A stretch of DNA of 64,000 bases from Felis catus (taxonomy: Eukaryota). The first letter of the stretch is position 1. The number at the start of each line of letters is the position of its first letter. Positions 48,950 through 62,487 of the stretch are shown in pieces. The translations under genes and the position numbers were made by a program. The DNA lies in the NCBI RefSeq assembly GCF_018350175.1, contig NC_058368.1, forward strand, positions 69,442,001 through 69,506,000. Direction: 5' to 3'. The notes under the pieces are model-generated. The model worked only from the letters and a program-made list of their open reading frames with translations, made no database searches and was not told the origin of the DNA.

Positions 48950-51900
48950 TTTATTGTTATAGTTTCTGCTGTGACTGTTGACAACTGAGCCATGCTGTTA
49001 GCCATATGGCTCATGTTTATGCCGTGTTTGTTTGTTTGTTTGTTCCTTTGTGCCCAATTTTGCTTTCCCTGGGGTTAATAATTATCTAGCATTTCCTTTG
49101 CCTCATTTTCTGTGTACTTAGCAAATTTATTTAAAAACCCTTACCTCTTACCTAGATCTCTTTAATATGTGTACAAATTCATCAGATGCTCAGATAGTCT
49201 ATGTTTTTTCATCAGTGAGATTTGTCTGGAAGTCTACTGAGCTGCTCTGGTCTGGGCTATGTTGCTTTCTGGCCTGGTCAGCACCCTTCTGTGTCTCCTA
49301 CAGTTACCCTGGCCCCCGTCTGCCTCTAGCACCTGATACAGGATCTCTGGCCTGGTCAGCATTGGGGATCTCTCCTGGAGTACACCTGCTTCTCTTCCTG
49401 AAATCTGTTTTCTGGAACCTATGTCATTCTGTTTCCATGTTTTCTCTGTCATTCTTGTTGCATGTTTTCTCCGTCATTGTGTTGAAACTCCTCTCTTAGT
49501 ATCTGAGGAGACCTCATGGGCTCAGAGAAGATCTGAAAACAGGATGATGAGGTGGAAGGTTGTTTAGAAGTAGTTAAAGCCTCCAGTGGCACCTGGGTGG
49601 CTCAGTTGGTTGAGCGTCTGACTCTTGATCTTGGCTCAGGTCATGATCTCTTGGTTTCATGAGTTCGAGCCCCAAATCGGGTTATGCACTGTCAGTGTGG
49701 AGCTTGCTTCGGATTCTCTTTCTCCCTCTCTCTCTCTTTACCCTGCTAGAGTGCTCTCTCTCTCTCTCTCAGAATAAATAAATAAACTTAAAAAAAAAAA
49801 AAGGTAGTCAAGCTTCTGGATCCTCTTCCGTACTTCCTACTGGGACAGAGGCTTAGCTCTCTGAACCCCTACCTCACCCGTGTTTCTCCTTCCCTCCCCC
49901 TCCCAATGTGGTTAAGTACATTAATTCTATGTGTGCATTATTTATTATCACTGCAGGGAGTGTTCATGGCTGAGCCAGATTCTTTCATTTGACTGCTTTC
50001 TTTTGTTTTTCCTAGAGATAATTTACTTCTTAAAAACTTGCTTGATTTTCGATGTACCTATGGCTAGTTTCTTCCAGATAACTTCAACAGCCCCGTCAAT
50101 TTTCTTTCAACTAATTTTTTTTATAATGTATATTTTTTTTCAACGTTTATTTATTTTTGGGACAGAGAGAGACAGAGCATGAACGGGGGAGGGGCAGAGA
50201 GAGAGGGAGACACAGAATCGGAAACAGGCTCCAGGCTCTGAGCCATCAGCCCAGAGCCTGACGCGGGGCTCGAACTCACGGAGTGCGAGATCTTGACCTG
50301 GCTGAAGTCGGACGCTTAACCGACTGCGCCACCCAGGCGCCCCACTTTCAACTAATTTTTACCCAATTCTGCATGCATTGTATAATCGTTCACCTTTCCC
50401 ATCTTTTTTTCCTCCAATGTGTACCACTGTGTGCAACACCCCTATCCTAGTACATAGCCATCATTCAGAGACTTTCCTTTACTGTTTTCCTATCCTGGAC
50501 CCACTCTTCTGGATTCTTTACTCTCTACCTTTATAGTTTATACTCCATTGTTGTGATAGAATACATACTACAGTCGCTTTCTCAAAGTTACAAGGAAGCT
50601 TTAGAATCTTTGCCTGGAAAAATGCCTTCAATGAATGCTGAGATTTGCTTGATAATTTTACTACACGTGCAATTAAACATTGAAAATATGATCCTTCAAA
50701 GTTCGAAGACTTTGGTGCCTTGTCTTCTAACATCATTTGTATGTGATTTGTTTTCTTTCTCTCTGAAACATTTTAGAAACTTCACCTAATGTCTCAAATT
50801 GTGAAGTTTCACAACATTTGGCATATATCTCGGAGGGCCCTTTTAAAATATTTATTAAAAAAATTTTTATTTTAGAGAAAGAGGGAAAGGGAGAGCACAA
50901 GCAGGGGAGAGGGTCGGGGGGGGGGGCGGGGAGAGAGAGAGAGAGAGAGAAAGAGAAAGAATCTCAAGCAGGCTCAGTGTGGAGCCTGACACAGGGCTCG
51001 ATCCCTCGACAGCCCTGAGATCGTGGCCTGAGCCGAAATCAAGAGTTGGATGCTCAACTGAGCTACCCAGGTGCCCCTTAAATTATTTTGCTGGACGTTT
51101 GCTTTTCTTTTTAGTCTGAAACCCTTGTCTATCAGTCTGAAACATTTCTTGGAATAAAAAAAATAATAATTTCTTTTAATCCTCTTTTTCTGTAACTCCT
51201 TTTATTTAAGGATTAGACCTTCTGGAAGATTGCCTACTTTTTGAATTTCCATCTGCTTATTTTTTTTGCTCTATTTTCTATGGAATTTCTTTAAATTAAC
51301 CTTTCAGCTAACTATAGAAACAAAAATTTCAGTTATCCGTATTATTAATTTCCAAGAGCTGTGGGCCTGTTTTTATAGCATCTCTTCCTATATTTTGAGA
51401 CATGATGTTCTCTCTGGGGATCTTCATTCTAGATTTAAAAACATTTTCCTCTGCTCTCTGTAAAGTCTGCATGTTTTCAGAAGGCTTTTTTCCTCCTCTG
51501 CATTTTGGTCCAGACTTTCATTTTGTAAGCTTTCCTTAAATGTTTGCTGATCCTTGGCTGTTTATTAAGAGCAGATACTAAGAATAAAGTACAAAAAATC
51601 AGATCTGAATCTCTGCGTACGTGGATGGGGCTGGTCGATTGTTGATTTTTCTTTAAAGCGATGAAGCAGAAATTGGTCTTTTTTGTTGGATGAAACCCTC
51701 AAATGTCAGTATGTGTGTTCCTCCAGATTCTTCGGAGAATAATTCCTCCAGCTTTGCCTGGAATAAGGCTGGGATAGGCTAAGAGTATTCTGGAAGCAGG
51801 ATGGAGGAAGGGGACTATGTGTCCTATGGGGGTGGTGAGTAGATGTTTCCCCAATGCCCACCAACTCTGGCTGCGTTTTCAGCCCAGAATCACATCTCTT

Positions 51901-52300
51901 TTCCATTGTGCCTGTTACTACTTTGAGTTTCTGATCTCCCCGATTCGATTTCATTGGATCATAAGCCTTTTAATTGGCGGTTGGGGCAGATGGAGGAGGG
52001 GACTTAGGGCCCCAAGGTCCACCCTTTTTTCATCTGGCCTGCACCCTCTGTTCCAGCCTGCCCCTCAGCCTCCCTTCCAGAGGGGCCTCCCAGGGGCTTT
52101 GGGAGGGAATTGGCCTATTTGTTCGAACCCCTCGTGGCATCACTTAGGGCCATCATCAGTTACTTCTCTGCTTTCCATTGTCCAAGAGTCCGCTGAATGT
52201 CATGTCTGCTCTTGTCTTTGCTGCGTATCGTTTTGTCCTTTTGAACAGATACGTTTGCTGTGATTTTGGTGGATCTTTGATGGCAGAAGTAATACAGGCA
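48950..52300 (-). mobile_element. Highly decayed HAL1/L1M-like region with Can-SINEs (49587-49802 +, 50116-50343 -, 50860-51076 -)
   Basis: T-rich decayed LINE-like sequence with uncertain family; the SINEs are clear. Confidence 0.45.
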
Positions 52301-54784
52301 AGGCGGTTTATCTGCCACGTTCAACCGAAAGTTTGTTTTGCCAAGGGGCAAAAATTTACTGTAGAAGCGCTTAAAATCCCAGCCCTAAATTGTTAAGAAA
52401 ATTATGTCACATTTTCACTTTCCACGGGTGCAGATTTAGTCCAATGCGTGTGGGTCCGTCTAAGAATTGATATAATTTCTTAGATGATAGGTTTGTCCTG
52501 CAAACACGGAAGTGCCCCTGCCCACGTCCACACCGTCACTTGGGTTTTTCCCTCATTTCCTCACCTTCACACAGGAGCTCAAGCTCAGTCTGTCTTAGAG
52601 GTTTGTTTTTTGTGTTTTGTGTTTTGTGTTTTGTTTTTAAATCTTTTGACCACAGATGTTGTCACTCACTCCGGGGTTGGGGGGCGGGGGCGGGGGCGGG
52701 GTGTGCCAGCCTCAGTGAGTTTAGTAATTCTCTTCTGGATGGAACAAAGAGAAGGTGTCCCTGACGGCTCAGGGCCGTGGCAATCCTGCTGTGCTCTTTC
52801 TGGTTTGTGCTGTTCTGTCGGGTGGGGTGGGGAAAAGTAGGAGAATTCCGGTTCTGATGAGCCACGAATGAGACATTTCTGAGCAGGAATCCAGCAGATA
52901 GATGCCAGGCTATTGATCTGAGTTTGGCTGCTGAGGGAGGTCTTGGTGGCCGTGGGGATGAAGGAAGGGATGGGAAGGAGGGAGAAACTGACAGAATAAG
53001 CCAGACTCTGAAAATAGGGTGTCATGGGGGTTGGCACGGTGGGACTCAGCTCAGACAGCTACTTTACCAGTGCCACCAAGCAGTTATGTGACCCCCTTGG
53101 AATTTCCCCATGACCTCACCTCCCCAGGGGTTGCAGCCAAAAGAATGAGAATCACAGGCTGCCCCTAGCGGAGTTCCCAAAGGGACCCACAAACCCGACA
53201 GCTCCTCCAAGTTCAGCGTAAAGGAGCAAAGAGAAATTACCCATGAGTCCGTGACCTGCCCATGTTCTGGGTTTGTTTTAGACCTTGGGCAAGTGCGATA
53301 ATTTCCACGTTTTTTGTTTTGTGGTTTTTGTTGTTGTTGTTGTTGTTGTTGGAAATGGAGAAGCTGGAGCTTGAAGGAAGTGAGCTAATAACCAGATTTT
53401 CAACACAGTGCTGGCTTTTGCATTTCTTTGTATAGTATTTTGTCAGGCCCTTGACATTCGTTTAAAGAAAAAAAATTCTTTCTCCTTGAACATCTGTGCA
53501 AAATCAGATAGGGTGGAGGGTTTAGAGCCCAGGGAGAGTATGGGGTAATTTAGCGTGTTGCTGAAAGCTGCAGAGATCACAGATCCACTCTGTTGTAGCA
53601 CCACGGCACCAACCCAGTAGCCAAGGCAGGCTGGCAAATTGTGCCAAAAAGATGCATTTGTAATCACATTTTGAAAAACGTGCAGTAGATTAGTGGGGAA
53701 ATAGGCATTCTGGTCGTGGTTAAGGATAGCTGTCACTCAGGTTTCTAGCTCCGATGTTGGGTGTGCACATCAAAAAAAAGCAAACTCAATTCGCTAAATC
53801 AGCTTGGCACACAGCCTCTTCCAAATTCATCATCATTTCTTAGCATTATAGCCTGCGCATCGCTGTGAGCCAGGAAATCTCATGTGTAATTAGGTCATTT
53901 GTTCTTGAGCGTTCTGTCCTTGCAAAGAAGGAGAGGAATTTTCATGGGCAGTTGGCATAAGTAAAAAAGTCAGCCGTTCCACGGTTCGCTCAAATTTCAG
54001 GTGGTACTTACGAAAATTCCTTCTTAAAGAATTTTGTAGATTTCAGGATATCAATTGACCTGGGTAAAATTTCTTCGGGTTTTGATTTTCATTTACTCTA
54101 GGTTTTTGCCTCTCAGCCTGCAGTCTTTGGAATCCTAAGGGGTTTGCATCTGTGGATTGCAGGTTTGTGAGGTATTTTCAGGATTTCAGAACGCCAGCCA
54201 GCAGAATCGCACAGGGGCCTGGAGTGGGAGTAGGGGTGGGAGGCGGGCCATCTCATTAAGTCCTTGCAAATTAACAAATTAACAGAAGCATCAGGGCTGT
54301 TGGGCTTGGCCAGATCTTCCTCATCGGGGTGTGGAAACATGCAGTCTCCTGCTGGTCACAAGGACTTACTGACCATTCGTTCATCACATGTGTCTTTAAG
54401 CATGATGGGGAAGTGTTGCAGTCTGGCACATGTGTTCTCTTGATCAAGGGGTTGGGGTTGGGGAGTGGTGTGGTGGGAAACAAGTGCCAGGGTCCCTGAT
54501 CCAGAGAGAAGTTGACCGCAGTCCTAGCTGAAGGCCACCTGTCCCCGTGCTACTCTGTTCACTCCCCAGGTAGGATGTTTGCCAGTAACATGGTACTGAT
54601 GGGGGAGTGTTCTCATCCCTGTTTGCAGTTATTTAAGCAAAACCCAGGCACCCGCCATGGCTGTGGTCTCAGAGAGTGGTGACAGAAAAGGTCTGCACTG
54701 CTGGGGGATGGGTGGATTCTACTGGAGTCCTGGCTGCTTCCTTTCTTTCTGACTCCGAAGTGTTTATTAACGAAATATATTTGA

Positions 54785-55141
54785 GGGGCGCCTGGCTGGC
54801 TCAGTCGGTTGAGCGTCCGACTTCGGCTCAGGTCATGATCTCACGGTTCGTGGGTTTGAGCCCGCATCGGGCTGTCTGCTATCAGCACAAAGCCTGCTTC
54901 GGACCCTCTGTCTCCTTTTCTCTCTCTGTCCCTCCCCAACTGGCTCGCGCTCTCTCTCTCTCTCTCTCTCTCTCCCTCAAAACTAAAAGGAAAACATTAA
55001 AAACATATATATATTAGGGGCACTTGGGTGGCTCAGTTGAGTGGCAGCCTGTTCTTGATTTCGGCTCAGGTCATGATCTCATGGTTCATGAGTTCAAGCC
55101 CCACATCAGGCTCCATGCTGACAGCGTGGAGCCTTTTTGGG

Positions 55142-55179
<38 letters not shown>

Positions 55180-55240
55180 CCTCCTCTACTGTGCTTGCTG
55201 TCTCTCTCTTTCAAAGTAAATAAATAAAAAACTTAAAATA
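54785..55240 (+). mobile_element. Two tandem Can-SINEs
   Basis: Heads at 54785 and 55017. Confidence 0.92.
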
Positions 55241-55889
55241 TATATATATCTATATTAGAAATACACAGACTAGAAGGAAATTGACCAAAACGTTAACAAC
55301 TTTTGCTTGCCAGCTGCACGCTGGTTACCAAATTTAGCAACATTTTGCGGTGAGTGCTTTTCTGCTTTAATTTTGAAAAATGGTCAATAACGAGGTTTGT
55401 TGTGTCAGTTTAAAGTGGGATGGAACATACGTATTTTTGGTGTGCGTTGGAATGTTGGTGAGGGTTGATGACTCAGAGCGCTTGATGAAGGTCACGGGGT
55501 GTGAGGCTAGCACACCTGAGGAGCCCTCCACATACAGGCGAGGTGCTGTGGCCAAAAGCCCAGTGAGAGCTGCAAGGAAAACCCCCGAGCAGAAGCTTAG
55601 GCTTTCTGCTTATCGCTGCCCGAAAGTTTCCTGTTTCTTCTTTTGTGCAGATTCCAAATGTTTCTGGAAAGCTTGAAAGTGAATAAAACAGCCCTTTGAC
55701 AGAACTGACAGACACTGAGGGGTCTGGGGGGAAGGGGGGAACCCAGTGAGTCACTGTACAGAAGCACTGTGTTGTTAGCTTTGGCAAAGACAGTTCTTAG
55801 AGAAAGCTCTGTGAAGTGACTTGCTTTTATGGGGCACGTGAACCCTCTGCCTTGTCTCCCATCCAATTGCCACCACCCCCCCCCGAATA

Positions 55890-56090
55890 ATAATAACCAA
55901 CACTTCTAGAGAACATACTCTATGTCAGGCACGGTCCTGAGCACTTTACATATATCGCTCTCTCAATATAACACTGAGAGGTGGACGCTATTACATGTGA
56001 GGAAACTGAGGCACAGAGAGGTCAAGCAGTATACACAAAGTCACACAGCTGTAATCGGTAGAGGCATGATTTGAACCCAGGCTGTGCTCT
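55890..56090 (-). mobile_element. MIR
   Basis: TGAGGAAACTGAGGCACAGAGAGGTCAAG ... GATTTGAACCCAGG. Confidence 0.85.
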
Positions 56091-56744
56091 CTCTCCACCA
56101 CTCCCTTGCCTTTGACTGGGCACCAGTGGGGATGGGTGCATGGGTTCGTGGTTAAGTTTAGGTAGAAGGTTCTGCTGAAGCTCTCCCTGTAGCAGGTGTT
56201 GGACAGCTTGGTTTAATTAAATTTTTGCTAACCAACCAGTCTTTATTGAGGCACCTGAAGGCCATTCACAAACAGGAAGTGTAACATTGGTTCTGTCTTC
56301 AAGGAATTCAAGGCCAAAGTTGAGAAGTGAGATACATGGCTATGAACATTTATATATTATAAGGCATAGTTCTTCATAAGGAACTCTGTGTCGGCACGTT
56401 TGTATCTGTCTTCGGAGAAAAATAAGTTGCCATCTTAAGGGAAAGCTGGAAATATACCCAAGTTCCAGTTGCTGGAGCTGTCCTCCCTCTCTAATCTCCT
56501 TCAACTGGCTCCTCCTAGCCTGTGAACAAGATATAAGCCTTGGCGATCTTAAAAAACAAAAGTGAGCTAAAAAATCTCCTTCCCGAACCTTTCCCTCTAC
56601 TGATGTGTTCGCGCCCTCTTAGATGGATTCTTGGAAGAATCCTTTTCGTTTGTGGCTTAATTTCCTCAGTTCCAACATGTTCTGGCAAGGCTTCCAATGG
56701 GATCACTCCCCTGCAGTAGTCCTTATTTTGTTTTAATGTTTTAG

Positions 56745-56958
56745 TCTCTTTTTTTAAAAGTTTATTGGTTTTGAGAGAGAGAGTGCGTGCACACACACAA
56801 GTGGGAGAGGGGCAGAGAAGGAGACACAGAATCCCAAGCAGTCTCTGTGCCTTCAGTGCAGAGCCCGGAGCGGGGCTCGAACTCATGAACCATGAGAACA
56901 TGACCTGAGCCAAGAGGCACAGCCGGACATTTAACTGACTAAACCACCCAGGCGCCCC
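56745..56958 (-). mobile_element. Can-SINE
   Basis: Head, body and tail. Confidence 0.9.
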
Positions 56959-57099
56959 AGTAATGCTTATTCTACAACGTATACTCTTTAAAGATTTAAA
57001 AGTAATACATGCTTACTGCAGAAAACATGTCTGCACAACAAAACCCACAAAAAAAAACCCCGACTGTAACTTGTAAGAAATTACCATAATTTGTAAGAC

Positions 57100-58080
57100 A
57101 TTAGCACTGACCTTATGCCACCTCTCCTCCCCTTAGCTGCAAATGTTTCTCAATTATGGATTTTGATAATGCAAAGGATTGTAGCATTTATATTCTGCCC
57201 TAATATCCCAGTTTCTCGTAACTCTTTTATTTAGTGCTTATCACCAGTCTTCTTACTGTGGCTTTGCTGTTCCTGAGGTTTTGTTTTTCGTTTTGATTCA
57301 TTCTGGGTTGGCAGGATTGCACGGTCGGAGTGTTTTATTTAAAGAAGTCCTCGTGGGGACTGTGTTCCCTGAGTTCTTTGCTGCTTTGAGAGTGGCTGTT
57401 TCTTGCCTTTATATTTGAAGGGTGATTTGGCTGAGTATCAAGTTCTTGGGTCACATGTTCTTGCCCTCAGAATTTCAGGTGTCACTCTTCATTTTTTTTT
57501 TTTTTTTTTTTTTCTGGCATTGGGTATTGCTGGAGGGGGAAGCTAAGGCCAGGGTAATGTTTCTTCTCTCTTACACGGGATTGGTTTTTTTTCCCAACGG
57601 GCAGGCCTGTGGGATCTTTCATTCTTTTTAGAGCTTAGAGCTTTATTAGCCTATCTGAGCATTGGTTGTTTTAGGTCACTTTCCTGGGATTTTCTGTACC
57701 ACAGTATCTGTAGATCCCAGTCTGTTTTTGCATCACAAAATTTTCTTCCATTAGATCTGTTAATATTTCTGCACATATTTTGAACAGTCTTCGCTTTTAA
57801 AGAACTGTAGTCGCTGTGTTCTCTCTCTTTTGTTTTCCAAATCCAGCGTCTGTTCTTGTCATCATTTATGTCTCTTTTTTTTCCATTTAATTTTGAGTAA
57901 TTTCTTCAAGTTTGCTCCTTGGGTCTCTTTGTGTTTTCTGAAGCTTGCATTGTTTTATTGTTGCAGCTGAGTGGCTCCTTTTCTGTAATTTTTTCCTAAT
58001 CTGCTTTTTCTGCTCTATCAGTCTGCCTAAAATCTCTTAGATAAGCGATAGTCATTTTTTGGAAGCTTCCTATCTAGTTT
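57100..58080 (-). mobile_element. HAL1-like decayed LINE
   Basis: TTGCCTTTATATTTGAAGGGTGATTTGGCTGAGTATCAAGTTCTTGGGTCACA resembles antisense HAL1/L1 ORF1. Confidence 0.5.
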
Positions 58081-58091
58081 CTGAGACCCCT

Positions 58092-58572
58092 TTTAAAATG
58101 TTTATTATTTATTTTTGAGAGAGAGAGGGAGAGAGAGAGCGGGGGTGAGGGGCAGAGAGAGAGAGAGGGAGACACAGAATCCAAAGCAGGTTCCGGGGTC
58201 TGAGCTGTCAGTACAGAGCCTGACGTGGGGCTTGATCCCATGAACCGTGAGATCACGACCTGAGCTGAGGTTGGATGCTCAACCGACTGAGCCACCCAGG
58301 CGCCTGAGCCCCCTTTTAGGTTGACCATTTTATTGTTGGTATTTTTCAGATCGTGGACGGATGTTTTTTTCTGAACTCTGAGTCTGTTACCTTTGTTGAT
58401 TTTCATGGCCACACCATGGGCATTCAACCTGTGCATTCAGAAAGGGCCCCGCACTTGGGTTAATGCTCTGCTGCTTGTGTCTTGAAATTCTTAATTTTGG
58501 AACAAGGGGCCCTGTATTTTCATACTGTAGCCACTCCTGTTGATTATTTGTTTTTAAGTTTTTATTTATTTT

Positions 58573-58607
<35 letters not shown>

Positions 58608-58754
58608 CCAGCAGGGGAGGGACAGGGAGAGGGAGACAGAGCTCTGCTCTGACAGCAGAGAGCCCATTGCAGGGCTTGAACTCCCGAACCAACCATGAGA
58701 TCATGACCTGAGCTGAAGTCAGACGCTCAACCAACTGACCCACCCAGACACCCC
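58092..58754. mobile_element. Two minus-strand Can-SINEs around a MER91-like hAT MITE (~58405-58540)
   Basis: GTCTTGAAATTCTTAATTTTGGAACAAGGGGCCCTGTATTTTCAT motif; SINE heads at ~58305 and ~58754. Confidence 0.75.
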
Positions 58755-59149
58755 TCCTGTTGGTTATTTTTACCTGGGTTTTGCCTGGGTTCCTACTCAA
58801 CGATTCCTCATTTTTGAATGAGGCTGGGCTGTTTGCGAAAGACATGATGTGTAAGGTATGTTGAAGGTCAGAAGGTTGGGGTCGGGCATATTGTAAAATA
58901 TCCACTCCTATTCGTTACATCCACTTTGTTTTTGTTTTGTTTTTGTTTTGTTTTTATGATTCCTTTTACATCTACCTTGAGAATAATCTTCCTTCAGTTT
59001 TAACAAGTATTTTAATGTGTCATTTTAAAGTTATATCCTATATAATAGGGGTGTGGGAGATTATATGATAAGTGGGACTTTTTTATGCTATTAGAATCTA
59101 AAAGCAGTTTATAAAACTGTGGTGTGATCCTGTTTTTTACTTTTTATCG

Positions 59150-59620
59150 TTTATTTTTTTTTATTTTTTTAACGTTTTAGTTTTATTTTTGAGAGAGAGA
59201 GAGATAGAACATGAATGGGGGAGGGGCAGAGAGAGAGACACAGAATCGGAAGCAGGCTCCAGGCTCTGAGCCATCAGCCCAGAGCCCGACGCGGGGCTTG
59301 AACTCACGGACCACGAGATCGTGACCTGGGCTGAAGTCGGACGCTTAACCAACTGAGCCACCCAGGCGCCCCCTGTTTTTTACTTTTTAAAAACTGTACA
59401 TTAAAGGGGCACCTGGGTGGCTCAGTCGGTTAAGCCTCCGACTTCGGCTCAGGTCATAACCTCACGGTTTGTGCGTTCGAGCCCCGCGTCGGGCTCTGTG
59501 CTGATGGCTCAGAGCCTGGAACCTGCTTCGGATTCTGTGTCTCCCCTCTCTCTCTGCTCCTCCCTCACTTGAGCTCTGTCTCTCTCTCTCAAAAATAAAC
59601 AAATGTTCAAAAAAAAATTT
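59150..59620. mobile_element. Head-to-head Can-SINE pair ~35 bp apart
   Basis: Minus 59150-59372 (TSD CTGTTTTTTACTTTTTA) and plus 59407-59620. Confidence 0.93.
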
Positions 59621-59939
59621 CAAAATGGTGCATTAAAATGTTGAACGGGAAAATACCAAAATGTTGTCCAGATTTCTAAAGTCCATTTCTACTCTTGCTG
59701 TGGTGATCACGGGGAGTGGTAGCCAGCTCTGCGTCCTTTCGAGTATCTCAGTAATAATCTCAAATAGGAATTTGTGAGAAACAATCTTTTCTGAAGGATT
59801 GTTTCAGTTACCCTACTTACTCTGCTTTTGTGGATTTGAATTCATTCTTACATTTTTGGCTAACAGGAACAGTTGGTCATCTTTAAGCCGATGACTGTTT
59901 TTTAAGGTCCCTGATTTTGGCGACGAGGTGCTTTGAATG

Positions 59940-60364
59940 GGGGAAGAACTAGTTTAACGACCACTTCTCTTGAAAAACGAAAACGACATTCGTAGTGTTC
60001 ACAGATTCCCGTGGCGCAAATATTCCCACCATGGCTGATTGCAGGCTCCTGACTTGACGTCCTTGAACACAGAATGAGAAGGGGCTTTGCAGTAGCAAGA
60101 ATATTACTGTCCTATAATATCCTCACTATACGGATACACTAGGCAAAAGTAACCTCGAGTATAGAGAACAGTAAAAATGTAGGAAAATAATTAGGAAGTG
60201 ATGACCTTTGAGTATTTATTACTTTTGTTTCCAATATACTTTAAGTGTAAGTGTATATAATTTATTTTTTAATGATGTCTTTTTCACAACTGGCTGGTAG
60301 AAATTCCCAGACATTTAACAATGGCTCTCACAGGCCTATACAAACTGGCTCCAGCCTACTACTG
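59940..60364. mobile_element. MER63-like hAT-Blackjack element
   Basis: AAATATTCCCACCATGGCTGATT ... AACTGGCTCCAGCCTACTACTG end. Confidence 0.6.
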
Positions 60365-60387
60365 GAAAGAACAAGTAAAGAAAGTAA

Positions 60388-60961
60388 AGGGGCACCTCGC
60401 TGCGACTCTTGATATGGGGGTTGTGAGTTCGAGCCCATGTTGGGTATAGAGATTACTTAAAAATAAAATCTTAGGGGCGCCTGGGTGGCGCAGTCGGTTA
60501 AGCGTCCGACTTCAGCCAGGTCACGATCTCGCGGCCCGTGAGTTCGAGCCCCGCGTCGGGCTCTGGGCTGATGGCTCAGAGCCTGGAGCCTGTTTCCGAT
60601 TCTGTGTCTCCCTCTCTCTCTGCCCCTCCCCCGTTCATGCTCTGTCTCTCTCTGTCCCAAAAATAAATAAACGTTGAAAAAAAAATTAAAAAAAAAAACA
60701 TAAAAAAAATAAATAAAATCTTAAAAAAAAAAGCATTCAGGCATTGGGGTTAATCTGATTCCTTCAGGTGCTGTTTTTTTTGTTTGTTTTATTTTTTTAA
60801 CGTTTATTCATTTTTGAGAAAGAGAGAGAGAGAGACAGAATCTGAAGCAGGCTCCAGACTGAGCTGTCAGCACAGAGCCCGATGCAGGGCTCGAACCCAC
60901 GAATTGTGAGACCATGACCTGAGCCAAAGTCGGATGCTTAACTGAGCCACCCAGGTGCCCC
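60388..60961. mobile_element. Short SINE with a young Can-SINE (60474-60705, +) in its tail, then a minus Can-SINE (60774-60961)
   Basis: TSD AAATAAAATCTTA around the inner element. Confidence 0.9.
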
Positions 60962-61329
60962 CAGGTGCCCCCAGGTGCTAGATCTAGAATTTTATTCTGA
61001 TTTTGATCTAGATTTTGATCTAGAATTTTATTCTGGCGTGACTTGCTTTTTCGCTTGAGGTTGCATTCGATCAGGATACCAGTAGAAGATGGGAAGTAAG
61101 CCGGTACTGTGCTCCAAGTGTCTACTTTCTTGGCCTTTGGAATAGGATGATACTTTCTTGGTGGACACCATTCTTGGCATATCATCCTTTAGGAGACTTT
61201 TTTTATTTTTCCTAAATATAACGTATTGTCAATTTAGCTAACATACAGTCTGTACAGTGTGCTCTAGGTTTTGGGAGTAGCTTCATCCCAGATGACTTTG
61301 ATTTTCTGAAAGTTATGCATTCATCTTTT

Positions 61330-61935
61330 ACCGTTGTGTCGGTAAAACATACGTAACATAAAATTTACCGTATTAACCATTTTCGAGCGTATGGTTCAGC
61401 GGCATTAAATACACTGACATTCTTGTACAGCCATCACTGCCATGCATTTCCAGAACTTTTTCATCTTCTCAACTGACATTCTGCATCCGGAAGCAGTAAC
61501 TCCCCCCTTATCCCTGCCCCAGCCTCTGGCAACTTCCATTCTGCTTTCTGCCTCTGTGAATTTACCTCTTCTAGATACGTCGTCTAAGAGGAGTCATGCA
61601 CTCTTTGTCCGTTTGCGTCTGGCTTATTTCAGCGAGCATAATGTCTTCAAGGTTCATCCATGCTGTTGCATGTGTCAGAATCTCTTCTTTTTAAGGCTGA
61701 GTGACGTGGAGCTACACGTACATGTCTCGTTTTGTTTGTCCGCTCGTCTGTTGGTGGACACTTGGGTTGCCTCTGCCTTTTGGCGATCGTGAATAACGCT
61801 GCAAGGAACCTGGATATACAACTCTCTGGTCAAAGCCCTGCTTTCGCTTCTTTCGGATATATACCCAAAAGTGGAGTCGCTGGATCGTATGATAATTCTT
61901 TAATTTTTTGAGGTACTGCCATACTCTTTTATACT
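61330..61935 (-). mobile_element. L1MB-like 3' fragment
   Basis: CATAAAATTTACCGTATTAACCATTTT ... GCTGGATCGTATGATAATTCT ... TTTTTGAGGTACTGCCATACT. Confidence 0.85.
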
Positions 61936-62487
61936 GCTCATTCATTGTTTTTTTTTGACCTGGAAATCAGTATGCCTTCCCCAAACGATCGCATTCTTGT
62001 CGATTGTATCCCTTCCCAAGCAGATAGCGTATCTTTCTATGAGTTTATCTTTTGTGATGGTGTTCTGTTAACACATCATATATTTGAATGTCTCAGTGTG
62101 ATGTGATAGCCCAATTAAATGTAAAGATAGTATCATAACATAAAGCATAATATGCTGAGTGCCAGAAGAGAAATACAATATGTTCTGAGGGCTCACATGG
62201 AGAGGAACAGGAAAAATTTTGTGGAGGATGTGGCGTTTTGGATAATCTTTGGTAAAGGAGTAAAATCTGGCCGGGTGGAGTTTTGGAAAAGGAGGTAAGG
62301 AAAGGGGGCTATGTGTCTTGAGGAGAGAGAGAGGTAAAGTATGGAAAGATAGGTTTGGGTCACCATAAGGGACCTTCGATGTGATGCTAAATAATTTATT
62401 CAGTTTTATAGGTAACGAAGAGCCATGAAGAGCTTTCAGTAGGAATTCCGTAACAGAATTGCAGTTGAGTTGAAAACATTCTAAAAT

